Notes: generated from the letters alone by a model not told the origin. Shown: positions 37,486 to 47,528, counted from the first letter of the stretch. The stretch: DNA of 64,000 nucleotides from Vicinamibacteria bacterium (GCA_965199715.1 CBDATA010000001.1:64001-128000); one strand, 5' to 3'. A program made the numbers and translations.

Positions 37486-37929
37486 TCAGCCCTCGGCCGC
37501 GCGCCCGATCTCCCGCAGATCCTTCTCGAGCATCCGGCGGAGGCTCCCGGCCATGATCCGGCCGAGAACCGAGAACAGCCGGGCGAAGAGCGTGAGCGGA
37601 CGCCCGGTGAACTCCAGCGTGACGCGCGTTCCGAGCCCCTCCGGCGCGAACGAGCAAGCGGTCCGGTAGTGAGCGCCGTGCGACTTCGCCTCCACGACGA
37701 AGGAGCGCGGCGGATCGAAGCCCGCGATCCACATCTCCTCGGTCGCTCGCCGGCCGTGGACGGTGCGCGTCTCCCGCCAGCGGGTTCCCTCGCCGACCGG
37801 GCCGCCGGTGAGCACCTCCACGGCGTCGATTCCGGACACGACGTTCGGGAGATTGGCCAGGTTCGTGGCCACCGCGAACACGCGCTCGGGCGGGGCGGCC
37901 GCGACCGCCGAAGCCTGCACCGCGGTCAC
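37486..37929 (-). CDS. SRPBCC/polyketide cyclase-like family protein
   Basis: APPERVF....N, G.VGEGTRWRETR, FDPPRSF; GTGA overlap with rseP stop. Confidence 0.82.
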   Translation of the reverse strand: MTAVQASAVAAAPPERVFAVATNLANLPNVVSGIDAVEVLTGGPVGEGTRWRETRTVHGRRATEEMWIAGFDPPRSFVVEAKSHGAHYRTACSFAPEGLGTRVTLEFTGRPLTLFARLFSVLGRIMAGSLRRMLEKDLREIGRAAEG

Positions 37930-39242
37930 GGGAGCACGCCCGCCTTCGAGAGGTCCAGGAAGATCACCCCGACGAACACGAGGATCATCAGCGCCGCCCC
38001 CGCGAACATGAGCGCCTGGCGCACGCGCAGGGTCAGGTCCCGGCGGGCGACCGACTCGACGAGCAGCACCGCGATCTGCCCGCCGTCGAGCACCGGAATC
38101 GGCAGCAGGTTGAGCACGCCGAGGCTGAGGCTCAGGACCGCCATCAGCAGCAGCACGTCCTGCGGGCCGCGCCGGAAGGCGTCGCCCGAAGCGCGGGCGA
38201 TCCCGATCGGCCCCGAGATCTGCCGGGCGGACGCGGCGCCGGTCACCATGCCGCCGAGGTGGCGGAGCGTGAGCGAGGACCACCGCGCGGTCTCGCGGGC
38301 CGCCTCGCCGAGCGCCCCGGTCACCGACTCCGCCCGCACCATCCGGAACGGGGGCTCGAAGCGCACGCCGATCCGCGGGACCGGAAGCCCGGTGGCCTCG
38401 TCCGCCACCGTCGTCGGGCGCACCGTCAGGTCCACTGAGGACTCGCCCCGGGCGACCCGCAGCGCCACCGGCTCGGTTCCCGTCTCCCGGATCATGGTCG
38501 CGACCTCGTCGGTGCTCCCGACCTCCACGCCGTTCACCCGCGTGATGCGGTCTCCGGGCAGCAGCCCGGCCGATTCCGCCGGCATGCCCGGCTCCACCGC
38601 CCCGAGGATCGGTGGCGCGGGCGGACGCACGCCGGCGTCGCCGATGGCGTCCTCGCCCACGGCGCGAACCTGGACCGGGAACCGGCGCTCGGCGCCCTCC
38701 CGCTCCACGGCGAAGACGACCTCGCGGTCGGCCGCCACGATGATCCGCTCGAGAGCGCTCCGCCAGTCGGGCGTCTCGGCGTCGCCGATGGAGACGATCC
38801 GGTCGCCGGCGCGGAGTCCGGCGGCTCCGGCCGGCGAGTCCGCCGCCACGTAGGAAACGACCGGCGGATCCGAGAGGCCCACCCGGCGCTCCATGCCGAC
38901 GAAGAACAGCCCCGCGAGGATCAGGATCGCGAGGATGAAGTTCATCGCCGGCCCGGCGAAGAGGATCGCGAGCCGCTCGCCCCGGGTGCGGTTCTGGATT
39001 TCGGCCGGGTCGGCGCCGCCCTCGCCCGGGGGGCCGCCGGCCATCTTCACGTAGCCGCCGATCGGGAGCAGGCCGAGCGTGTACTCGGTGTCGCCGCGCT
39101 TCTTGCTGTAGATGTTCGGCGGAAAGCCGATCGAGAAGGTCTCCACCCGGACCCCGAAGAACCGCGCCGCGAGGAAATGGCCCAGCTCGTGCCAGACGAC
39201 CAGAGTCCCCACGATCACGACGAAGGCGATCAGGGTCAGCAT
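37926..39242 (-). CDS. rseP: Site-2 zinc metalloprotease RseP with two PDZ domains
   Basis: HELGH, FSIGF, PIGGYVKM, AGPAMN, two PDZ (SPA..AGL..GD), NLLPIPVLDGG. Confidence 0.95.
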   Translation of the reverse strand: MLTLIAFVVIVGTLVVWHELGHFLAARFFGVRVETFSIGFPPNIYSKKRGDTEYTLGLLPIGGYVKMAGGPPGEGGADPAEIQNRTRGERLAILFAGPAMNFILAILILAGLFFVGMERRVGLSDPPVVSYVAADSPAGAAGLRAGDRIVSIGDAETPDWRSALERIIVAADREVVFAVEREGAERRFPVQVRAVGEDAIGDAGVRPPAPPILGAVEPGMPAESAGLLPGDRITRVNGVEVGSTDEVATMIRETGTEPVALRVARGESSVDLTVRPTTVADEATGLPVPRIGVRFEPPFRMVRAESVTGALGEAARETARWSSLTLRHLGGMVTGAASARQISGPIGIARASGDAFRRGPQDVLLLMAVLSLSLGVLNLLPIPVLDGGQIAVLLVESVARRDLTLRVRQALMFAGAALMILVFVGVIFLDLSKAGVLP

Positions 39243-40417
39243 CGAGTCGGTTCCGCCTCCCGGAAGGCTACCCGTTCGGCCGCGGTGCGCCGGGCCCACG
39301 AGTCGGAGGCCGCGACGGCCTCCAGATCCTCGGGTTCGGTCGGATTGCGGCGCTCGAGCGTCTCCTCGACGACCCGCGGCACGTCGAGGAATCGGATCCG
39401 CTCCGCGAGAAACGCCGCCACGGCGACCTCGTTGGCGGCGTTCAGGACCGCCGGCGCGTCGCCTCCCGCCGCGAGCGCCTCGGCGGCGAGGCGCAGGCAG
39501 GGGAACCGCACCGGATCGGGAGGCTCGAACTGCAGCGAGAACGGCTCGGCGAAGCCGAAGCGCGGCAGGTCGCCGGCCAACCGCTCGGGCCAGGTCAGCG
39601 CGTACTGGATCGGCGTGCGCATGTCCGTCGCGCCGAGCTGGGCCAGCAGCGTGCCGTCCTCGAACTCGACCATCGAGTGCACCGTGGACTGCGGATGGAC
39701 GACGACCGAGACCTGCTCCGGCGCCGCTTCGAACAACCACCGCGCCTCGATCATCTCGAGGCCCTTGTTCATCATGGTCGCCGAATCGATCGTGATCTTC
39801 GGCCCCATGCGCCACGTCGGATGCTGGAGCGCCTGCTCGAGCGTGACGTCGCGGAGCTGGTCGAGGCTGAGCGTGCGGAACGGGCCGCCGGAAGCGGTCA
39901 GCCAGAGCCGGCGGAAGGGATGGCGGCCATCCTCGAGGCACTGGTGGATCGCCGCGTGCTCGCTGTCCACCGGAATCAGGACGCCGCCGGACGCCGCCGC
40001 CGCGCGGGTCATGATCGCCCCGGCGGCGACCAGCGACTCCTTGTTGGCGAGTCCCACGGCGCGCCCGGCCCGCAGCGCGGCGAGCGTGGCCGGGAGGCCC
40101 GCGGCCCCGACGACCGCCGAGATCACCCGGTCCGCGCCCGGCCAGACGGCGATCTGCTCGAGACCCTCCGAGCCGCCGAGGATCTCCACGTCCGGCAGCG
40201 AGGAACCGAAGGCCTCGCGGAAGCGCTCCGCTTCCTCCGAGTCGCGAAGCGCCACGGCCTCGGGCCGGAATTCGCGCGCGAGATCTGCGAGCGCCTCGCT
40301 CGCCCGGCCCGCCGCGAGGCCCGCCACGCGGAATCGATCCGGGAATCGGCGGACCACGCGCAGGGTGCTCGTGCCGATGGAGCCGGTCGCGCCGAGAATC
40401 GAGAGGCCGTGAGTCAC
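39236..40417 (-). CDS. dxr: 1-deoxy-D-xylulose 5-phosphate reductoisomerase
   Basis: LGATGSIG, LANKESLV, PVDSEH.AI, TASGGPF, HPTW.MGPKITIDSATMMNKGLE, NAANEVAV. Confidence 0.97.
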   Translation of the reverse strand: MTHGLSILGATGSIGTSTLRVVRRFPDRFRVAGLAAGRASEALADLAREFRPEAVALRDSEEAERFREAFGSSLPDVEILGGSEGLEQIAVWPGADRVISAVVGAAGLPATLAALRAGRAVGLANKESLVAAGAIMTRAAAASGGVLIPVDSEHAAIHQCLEDGRHPFRRLWLTASGGPFRTLSLDQLRDVTLEQALQHPTWRMGPKITIDSATMMNKGLEMIEARWLFEAAPEQVSVVVHPQSTVHSMVEFEDGTLLAQLGATDMRTPIQYALTWPERLAGDLPRFGFAEPFSLQFEPPDPVRFPCLRLAAEALAAGGDAPAVLNAANEVAVAAFLAERIRFLDVPRVVEETLERRNPTEPEDLEAVAASDSWARRTAAERVAFREAEPTRC

Positions 40418-40482
40418 AAGGAGCCGCGCTGTGCTCCCCGGATTCTAGGCGGGACGCCCCGGTTAGACTCGCCGCGCCGTCC

Positions 40483-41592
40483 ATGCGACTTGAATCCCTC
40501 CATGTCCGCGAGCTACGCCTCGACCTGAAGCGTCCCTTCGAGACCAGCTTCGCCCGCGTCCATGACCAGCGCTTCCTGCTGCTGAAGGTGACGGCGGACG
40601 GCGTTCCCGGCTATTCGGAATGCGTCGCGGACGTGACCCCGGGGTATTCCGCCGAGACGGTGCGCACCGCCGAGCACATGATCCGGGACTTTCTCTGGCC
40701 GGTCGCGCGGGCGACCGAATACGCCCACCCCGACGAGGTGACGCCCTCCTTCCGGCGGATTCGCGGCAACAACATGGCGAAGGCCGCCATCGAGATGGCG
40801 GTCTGGGAGGCCTGGGCCCGAAGCCGCGGCGAATCGCTCGCCAAGGCGCTCGGGGGAACCCGCGAGCGCACCGTCTCGGGCGTGTCGATCGGGATCCAGG
40901 ACACCGTCGAGGAGCTCCTCGAACGGATCGGGATCGAACTCGCGAGCGGGTACCAGCGGATCAAGATCAAGATCAAGCCGGGTTGGGACGTGGACGTGGT
41001 CCGGCGGGTGCGCGAGCGCTTCCCCGACATGCCGCTCATGGTGGACGCGAACAGCGCGTACGCCCTGGACGACCTCGATCTCCTGCGCGAGCTGGACCGG
41101 TTCGACCTGATGATGATCGAGCAGCCGCTGGCGCACGACGACTTGTGGGACCACGCGCAGCTCCAGCGGGAGCTCTCGACGCCGATCTGCCTCGACGAGT
41201 CGGTGAAGTCGGTCGAGGACGCGCGCCGGGCGCTGGAGATGGGCGCCGGACGGATCATCAACGTCAAGGCGGGGCGCGTGGGCGGGCTGTCGCAGGCCCG
41301 GGACGTCTCCGAGCTGGCGCGGAAGGCGGGGATCCCGGTCTGGTGCGGTGGGATGCTGGAGAGCGGCGTCGGCCGCGCCCACAACATCCACCTGTCGTCG
41401 CTGCCGGGGTTCACCTTCCCCGGCGACGTGGCCGCCTCCGAGCGCTACTTCACGGAGGAGATCATCGATCCGCCGGTCCGGGTGAGCGCGGACGGATCGC
41501 TGCCAGTCCCCGGCGGAATCGGCATCGGCTTCGCGCTGCGCGAGGACGCCATCGATCGTCACACGGTCGCGGCATGGACGCTCGACGGCTGA
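40483..41592 (+). CDS. menC: o-succinylbenzoate synthase / N-succinylamino acid racemase (enolase superfamily, NSAR type)
   Basis: PFETSF, RIKIKIKPG (KxK), DANSAY, IEQP, LDES, KAGRVGG, WCGGMLE, GD..AS.RY. Confidence 0.88.
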   Translation: MRLESLHVRELRLDLKRPFETSFARVHDQRFLLLKVTADGVPGYSECVADVTPGYSAETVRTAEHMIRDFLWPVARATEYAHPDEVTPSFRRIRGNNMAKAAIEMAVWEAWARSRGESLAKALGGTRERTVSGVSIGIQDTVEELLERIGIELASGYQRIKIKIKPGWDVDVVRRVRERFPDMPLMVDANSAYALDDLDLLRELDRFDLMMIEQPLAHDDLWDHAQLQRELSTPICLDESVKSVEDARRALEMGAGRIINVKAGRVGGLSQARDVSELARKAGIPVWCGGMLESGVGRAHNIHLSSLPGFTFPGDVAASERYFTEEIIDPPVRVSADGSLPVPGGIGIGFALREDAIDRHTVAAWTLDG

Positions 41593-43625
41593 TCCTCGCC
41601 GCCGCGCTGGCGGCGGCCGCGTGCGGGCTCGCTTCGGCGCAGACCCCCGGCGACCGGATCCTTGAGATCGTCGCGCTCGAGGACGCGCGCTCCACCGGCG
41701 ACGGCCGGCTGGAGGCGTTTCTCCTCGACCGCGATCACGAAGTGCGACGGCGGGCGGTGCTCGCCCTCGGCCGAATCGGCCGTCCCGAGGCGATTCCGGC
41801 GCTCCTTCGGTCACTCGAGGCGGACGTGGCGGGCGCCGTGCGGACGAGCGCGGCGTTCGCGCTCGGGATCCTCGAGGATCCGCTTCCCGAGGACGCGGCG
41901 CTCGCGCTCGCCGCCGCGCTCGGGGATCGTTCCGACCGGGTTCGCGAGCGCGCCCTCGAGTCGCTCGGGCGGCGCGGCGGACCGGGGGCGGCGGAGCTCG
42001 TCGCGAACGTCCTGGCCGAGCAGGTCGAGGCCGCCGACTACGCCGAACGCCGCGAGAACATCGAGGTCGCCCTGCGGCGCACGGCGTGGGACGGGGCCCG
42101 GCTCTCCCTCTTCTCGCTGGCCCGGATCCGGGATGACGGAGGCGATCCCGGGGACGTCCTTCCGTTGCTGGGAAGCGCCGGAGCGCCCCGCACCGACTGG
42201 TGGCCGGCGGTCTGGACGGCGGCGCGCCTCCGCGATCCGTCGCTGGCGCCGCTCGGGCGCGCGTGGGCCGGCTCGGCGGACCCGCTGACCCGCGCGCTCG
42301 GCCTTCGCGTTCTCGGCGGAACCGGACTCGACGCGGCGGCGGAAGCCGCGCCGCACGTGACCCACGCGAACGAGATCGTGCGCATCGAGGCGATGCGGGC
42401 GATGGCGTCACTCGCCGGGGGCCGCCCGATTCGCGGTGCGGAGCGGCTGCTGGAGGCGCTTTCGGACTCCAGCTGGGCGGTGCGGGCGGAGGCGGTCGCG
42501 GCGCTCGCATCGGTTCCCGTCGACGGCAGCGCCCCGCTGCTCGTCGATCTGGTGGCCGACGCCGACCCGGCCCTGCGGGCGGCGGCGGCGCGGGCGATCC
42601 ATCTTCAGGATCCGGAGACTTTCTGGCTGCTGCTCGCGGGCTGGTCCGACCGCGACCCGCTGGCGCGGATCGCCATGACCCGGGCGATGGGAGGCGTCGC
42701 GGACCCGCGCATCCGCAACTTCCTGCTCTACAACGGCCTCGCCGACGAGGACGCGCGAGTGCGGGCGGCGGCCATGACCGCGCTCGCCGCGCTCGAGACC
42801 GGCCTCGCCGACGACCAGCGGGATCCGGAGGTCACTACGGCCGTCGCCGGGGGCCTCGCCGCGGCGGACCCGCTCGAGCGCGCGGCCGCCGCGAACGCGC
42901 TGCGGCGGCTCGGCGACGGGCTCGTCGAGATTCGGAGGGCGTTCGACGACGACGGCGAGGACGAGGTTTCCGACTTCCGGCTGGCCGCGCTGCGGGCCGT
43001 GCTGGAACTGGATTCGGGCCCGAGCCGGCAGGCCTTCGCCGAATTGGCGCTCACGGACCGCTGGTGGCCGGTGCGGCGCGAGGCGCATCGCTTCCTGCGC
43101 GGTGAGGGGCTCGCCCCCCCGCCCCCGGCGCCCGCTCCGGCGCAGGAACCCGCGGCCTACGCCCCGACGGCGCTGGCGTCGTTCACCCCGCTCGCGTGGA
43201 TCGACACCGATTACGGCGAGATCGAGCTGGAGCTGCTGGTGGGCGAGGCGCCGCGCACGGTCCTGAACTTCGTGACGCTCGCCCGGCAGGGGTTCTACGA
43301 CGGCCTCACCTTCCACCGCGTGGTGCCCAACTTCGTCGTGCAGGCCGGCGACCCGAGGAACGACATGGCCGGCGGCCCCGGCTACGCCATCCGCTGCGAG
43401 ATGAACCCGCGCCGCTACGTGCGGGGCACGGTCGGCATGGCGCTCGACGGCAAGGACACCGGAGGCAGCCAGTTCTTCATCACGCTGCTTCCCCAACCGC
43501 ACCTCAACGGCCGGCACACCGTCTTCGGTCAGGTCCGCTCCGGCTTCCCGATTCTGGACCGGCTCGGTCCGGGGGACGTGATCCGGGGCGTCCGCATCTG
43601 GGACGGCGTCATCCCCCCCGAGTGA
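41574..43625 (+). CDS. Exported HEAT-repeat protein fused to C-terminal cyclophilin-type PPIase
   Basis: Signal peptide; repeated VR..A..ALG units; GFYDGLTFHRVVPNFVVQAGDP, GMAL.GKDTGGSQFFI, HLNGRHTVFG. Confidence 0.9.
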   Translation: MDARRLILAAALAAAACGLASAQTPGDRILEIVALEDARSTGDGRLEAFLLDRDHEVRRRAVLALGRIGRPEAIPALLRSLEADVAGAVRTSAAFALGILEDPLPEDAALALAAALGDRSDRVRERALESLGRRGGPGAAELVANVLAEQVEAADYAERRENIEVALRRTAWDGARLSLFSLARIRDDGGDPGDVLPLLGSAGAPRTDWWPAVWTAARLRDPSLAPLGRAWAGSADPLTRALGLRVLGGTGLDAAAEAAPHVTHANEIVRIEAMRAMASLAGGRPIRGAERLLEALSDSSWAVRAEAVAALASVPVDGSAPLLVDLVADADPALRAAAARAIHLQDPETFWLLLAGWSDRDPLARIAMTRAMGGVADPRIRNFLLYNGLADEDARVRAAAMTALAALETGLADDQRDPEVTTAVAGGLAAADPLERAAAANALRRLGDGLVEIRRAFDDDGEDEVSDFRLAALRAVLELDSGPSRQAFAELALTDRWWPVRREAHRFLRGEGLAPPPPAPAPAQEPAAYAPTALASFTPLAWIDTDYGEIELELLVGEAPRTVLNFVTLARQGFYDGLTFHRVVPNFVVQAGDPRNDMAGGPGYAIRCEMNPRRYVRGTVGMALDGKDTGGSQFFITLLPQPHLNGRHTVFGQVRSGFPILDRLGPGDVIRGVRIWDGVIPPE

Positions 43626-44452
43626 CTCGGGCCGCCGGGCGCGTGCGCCTGATCGCGGTGGATCTGGACGGGACGCTTCTCGACTCGTCGAAACAGGTTT
43701 CGCCCCGGAACCGGGACGCCCTCGAACGGGCCCGCGCCCGGGGGGTCGCCCTCGCGGTGATCTCGGGACGCCGCATCGCCGAGCTGGAGGCGCTGCTCCC
43801 CGACGTTCATCCCGAGACGTTCCGCGTCGGACACGGCGGCGCGCTGATCCGCCAGGGCGCGCGCACGCTGCGCGAGTCGCCGCTGCCCATCCCGGTCGCG
43901 CGGGCCGCGGTTCGCGTCGCGGCCGCGCTCGACCTCCACGCCCTCATCAGCGATCGCAGCGGCGGCGTCCGGATCGCGACCGCGCGGGCGAGCTCGCCGA
44001 GGGTCCAGCGGTACTTGCGGACCGCCCGCCCGACCCCGAAGCTGGACCCCCGCCCGGCCTTCGCCGAAGCGCCGCTCCACCTCGTGCTCGCGGGGCCGCC
44101 GGGGCGCTGCCGGGAGGCCGAGTCGCTGCTGCGCGAGGCGTGCGGCGACCGGACCGGCCTCGAGCGCACCGAATACGCGGACTCCGAGCTGGGACTCCTC
44201 GACGTGCTCGCCCCGGGAGCGGACAAGGGCGCCGCGCTCGGCTGGATCGCCGACGCGGCCGGAGTTCCGCTCGGGGAAACCCTCGCCGTCGGCGACAACT
44301 GGAACGACGTCCCCATGCTCCGGGCGGCCGGAGTCGGAGTGCTCATGGCCAACGCGCCGCCGGATCTCCACGAGCTGGGTTTCGAGCCGACCGCGGGCCA
44401 CGACGCCGACGGGGTCGCCGCGGCGCTCGACCGCCTGGTCTTCTCCCCGTGA
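43622..44452 (+). CDS. Cof-type HAD-IIB hydrolase
   Basis: DLDGTLL, SGR, DKG.AL, GDNWNDVPML, MANA, DGVA. Confidence 0.9.
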   Translation: MTRAAGRVRLIAVDLDGTLLDSSKQVSPRNRDALERARARGVALAVISGRRIAELEALLPDVHPETFRVGHGGALIRQGARTLRESPLPIPVARAAVRVAAALDLHALISDRSGGVRIATARASSPRVQRYLRTARPTPKLDPRPAFAEAPLHLVLAGPPGRCREAESLLREACGDRTGLERTEYADSELGLLDVLAPGADKGAALGWIADAAGVPLGETLAVGDNWNDVPMLRAAGVGVLMANAPPDLHELGFEPTAGHDADGVAAALDRLVFSP

Positions 44453-45552
44453 GCTTCGAGGTCCAGAGGACCTGCGGTCCAGCGCGGCGCGGGCGGCTCG
44501 GAACCGCGCACGGCGTGGTCGAGACGCCGACCTTCATGCCGGTGGCGACGAACGGCGCGATCCGCGGCCTCACTGGGAGCGAGACCCGGGCGACGGGCGC
44601 CGCGATGCTGCTCGGCAACGCGTACCACCTCATGCTCGCCCCCGGCGACCGGCTGGTGCGCGACCTGGGCGGGCTCCACCGCCTCATGGACTGGCCGCGC
44701 CCGATCCTCACCGACAGCGGCGGGTATCAGGTCGCGAGCCTCGCGCCGCTGCGCAACGTCACGGACGAGGGAGTGCGCTTCCGCTCGCACCGCGACGGAT
44801 CCATCCACGAGCTCACCCCCGAGCGGGCGCTCGAGGTCCAGCGGAACCTGGGGTCCGACGTCGCCATGGCGCTCGACGAGTGCCTCCGCCTGCCCGCGCC
44901 GCCGGAAGCGGTGGCGGCCGCGGCGGAGCGGAGCCTGCGCTGGGCGCTGCGCTCGCTCGACGCCGGAGCGGCTCCGGGACAACTGCTGTTCGCGATCGTC
45001 CAGGGGGGCGCTTCGGAGCGGCTTCGGGCGCGCCACGCCGCGAGCCTCGGGGAGCATGGTTTCGACGGGTTCGGGATCGGCGGCCTCCTCATGGGCGAGC
45101 CCACCGACGCTACTCGCGCGATGACCCGGCTGGTCGCCGAGGCGCTTCCCGCCGACCGGCCCCGCTACCTCATGGGCGCGGGACTCCCGGCCGACATTCT
45201 CGAGTCGGCCGCGCTCGGGGTGGACCTCTTCGACAGCGTGGTTCCGTCGCGCCTCGCCCGCCGGGGCGTGGCCTTCACGTGGAGCGGCCGCATCCACCTC
45301 CGGCGCGCCGGCTGGCGGGAGGATCCCGATCCTCTCGACCCGGACTGCCCCTGCCCCGCCTGCGCTGCGTATTGCCGGGGCTGGCTGCGCCACCTCGTCC
45401 GAAGCGGCGAGCGGATCGCGGCGACGCTGCTGACGGCCCACAACCTGACCTTCTACGCTGATCTCGCGGCGCGAATCCGGGCGGCGATCCGGGACCGGAC
45501 GCTGCCGCAGCTCGTCGAGAGCTGCCGGGGGAGATGGGCCGAGGGCGCGTGA
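44449..45552 (+). CDS. tgt: tRNA-guanine transglycosylase
   Basis: TPTFMPV, NAYHL, TDSGGYQV, DEC, IVQGG, PRYLMG, FD, CPCPAC zinc site, HNL. Confidence 0.94.
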   Translation: MSFEVQRTCGPARRGRLGTAHGVVETPTFMPVATNGAIRGLTGSETRATGAAMLLGNAYHLMLAPGDRLVRDLGGLHRLMDWPRPILTDSGGYQVASLAPLRNVTDEGVRFRSHRDGSIHELTPERALEVQRNLGSDVAMALDECLRLPAPPEAVAAAAERSLRWALRSLDAGAAPGQLLFAIVQGGASERLRARHAASLGEHGFDGFGIGGLLMGEPTDATRAMTRLVAEALPADRPRYLMGAGLPADILESAALGVDLFDSVVPSRLARRGVAFTWSGRIHLRRAGWREDPDPLDPDCPCPACAAYCRGWLRHLVRSGERIAATLLTAHNLTFYADLAARIRAAIRDRTLPQLVESCRGRWAEGA

Positions 45553-45649
45553 TAGCCTTCCCGTTTTCGCCCTGCGGCCCGGCTCCCCGGGCGCCGCGCC
45601 GGAGTCGTCAGGCGGGTCGAAACCGGCATAGCTGATCGAGAGGAGTCCG

Positions 45650-45955
45650 ATGCTCCCCACCCTGCTTCAGGCCGACCCCGGCGGCTCGGCGATCGGGATG
45701 CAGCTCGTCCTGTTCGCGATCATCTTCGGCATCTTCTACTTCATCGTGTTCCGCCCGATGCGCAAGCGGCAACGGGAGACGGAAGAGATGCTGCGGGGAC
45801 TGCAGCGGGGCAACCGCGTCGTGACCAGCGGGGGCCTGCACGGCACGATCTCCAGCCTCGACGACAGCACGGTGCAGTTGAAGGTGACCGACATGGTCAA
45901 GCTGCGGGTCTCGAGGAGCGCGATCGCGAACGTCCTCGACTCCGAGAAGAGTTGA
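45650..45955 (+). CDS. yajC: Preprotein translocase subunit YajC
   Basis: FYFIVFRPMRKRQ, GNRVVTSGGLHG; tgt-yajC-secD-secF synteny. Confidence 0.95.
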   Translation: MLPTLLQADPGGSAIGMQLVLFAIIFGIFYFIVFRPMRKRQRETEEMLRGLQRGNRVVTSGGLHGTISSLDDSTVQLKVTDMVKLRVSRSAIANVLDSEKS

Positions 45956-45989
45956 ACCGGCCGGAAGGAGCCGGACCGGAAGTCTCCCG

Positions 45990-47528
45990 ATGAAGAAAAA
46001 CCTCGGCCTGAAGGGAATCCTCCTGCTGGCGCTGGTGGGCGCGCTGGGCCTCATCTCGTGGCCGCCGGAGGACAAGCTCGTCCTCGGACTCGACCTGCAA
46101 GGCGGCATCCACCTCGTCATGCGGGTGCACACCGACGACGCCGTGCGGGTGCTCACCGACGAGACGGCCGAGCAGTTCGCCGAGCGGCTCGACGACGACG
46201 CGATCGACTTCACCGACGCCCGCTCCGAGGGGCTCGGACGGATCACGATCGAGAACCTCGACTCCGGGCGCAGCGGCGAGGTCCGGCAGATCGTGGACCT
46301 TGGCTGGCCGCAGTGGGATCTGCGTTCCGTCGGCGGAAACGACTGGTCGTTCTCGCTTCGGGCGAACGAGGAGATCGCGATCCGCGCCCAGACGGTCGAG
46401 CAGGCGATGGAGACGATCCGCCGCCGCGTGGACGAACTCGGGGTCACCGAGCCGGTCATCACGACCCACGGCAACACCGGCGACCAGATCCTCGTCCAGC
46501 TCCCCGGCTACGAGGACGTGGACCGAGCGAAGGAGATCATCCAAGCCACCGCGCAACTGGAGCTGCGGCTGGTCGAGGCCGGGCCGACGCTCGTCGAGAC
46601 CGACCTCCCGCCGCCCAACTCCGCGGTCGAGAACCTCGCGACGTACCTGCCCACCGGCGAACCCGCGTGGTACCAGGTCGAGCGGATTCCGGCGATCACC
46701 GGTCGGGATCTCCGCAACGCCCGGCAGGGGCTCGACTTCCAGACGAACACCCCGAACGTGGAGTTCAGCCTCCACGCCGACGGCGCGTCCCGCTTCCGCG
46801 ACTTCACCACCGCGAACCTGGGGCGCCAGATGGCGATCGTGCTCGACCGCGAGGTGGTCTCCGCGCCGGTGATCGAGGGGCCCATCTTCAACGAGGGCCA
46901 GATCACCGGGAACTTCACCGCCGAGGAAGCGCTGGACCTCGCGCTGGTGCTGCGGGCCGGGGCGCTGCCCGCTTCGCTCGAGTATCAGGAGGAGCGGACC
47001 GTCGGACCCTCGCTCGGGGCCGACTCCATCCGCAGCGGGGTCACCGCCTCGCTCGCCGGACTCGCCGGCGTGCTGCTGTTCATCATCTTCTACTACCGGC
47101 TGTCGGGGCTGAACGCGGTGACCGCGCTCCTGCTGAACCTGCTGATCCTCGTCGGCGCGCTCGCCTACTTCGCGGCCACGCTGACGCTTCCCGGCATCGC
47201 CGGGGTGATCCTCACCATCGGCATGGGCGTGGACGCCAACGTGCTGATCTTCGAGCGGATCAAGGAGGAGCTGAAGACCGGCAAGCCGCCGCGCACGGCC
47301 ATCTCGGTCGGGTTCTCGCGGGTGTTCTGGACCATCGTGGACGCGAACATGACGAGCCTCGTCGCCGCCGCGATCCTCTTCCAGTTCGGCACCGGGCCGG
47401 TCCAGGGGTTCGCCGTCACGCTGAGCGTCGGGCTCATCAGCAACGTCTTCACCGCGATGTTCGTGTCGCGGTACCTGTTCGATCTCGTCCTCTCCGGACG
47501 GCGGCAGGTCGCCTCGCTGAGCATCTGA
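45990..47528 (+). CDS. secD: Protein translocase subunit SecD
   Basis: LGLDLQGG, RRVDELGV.EP, LRAGALPA, VGPSLG, LTIGMGVDANVLIFERIKEE. Confidence 0.96.
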   Translation: MKKNLGLKGILLLALVGALGLISWPPEDKLVLGLDLQGGIHLVMRVHTDDAVRVLTDETAEQFAERLDDDAIDFTDARSEGLGRITIENLDSGRSGEVRQIVDLGWPQWDLRSVGGNDWSFSLRANEEIAIRAQTVEQAMETIRRRVDELGVTEPVITTHGNTGDQILVQLPGYEDVDRAKEIIQATAQLELRLVEAGPTLVETDLPPPNSAVENLATYLPTGEPAWYQVERIPAITGRDLRNARQGLDFQTNTPNVEFSLHADGASRFRDFTTANLGRQMAIVLDREVVSAPVIEGPIFNEGQITGNFTAEEALDLALVLRAGALPASLEYQEERTVGPSLGADSIRSGVTASLAGLAGVLLFIIFYYRLSGLNAVTALLLNLLILVGALAYFAATLTLPGIAGVILTIGMGVDANVLIFERIKEELKTGKPPRTAISVGFSRVFWTIVDANMTSLVAAAILFQFGTGPVQGFAVTLSVGLISNVFTAMFVSRYLFDLVLSGRRQVASLSI

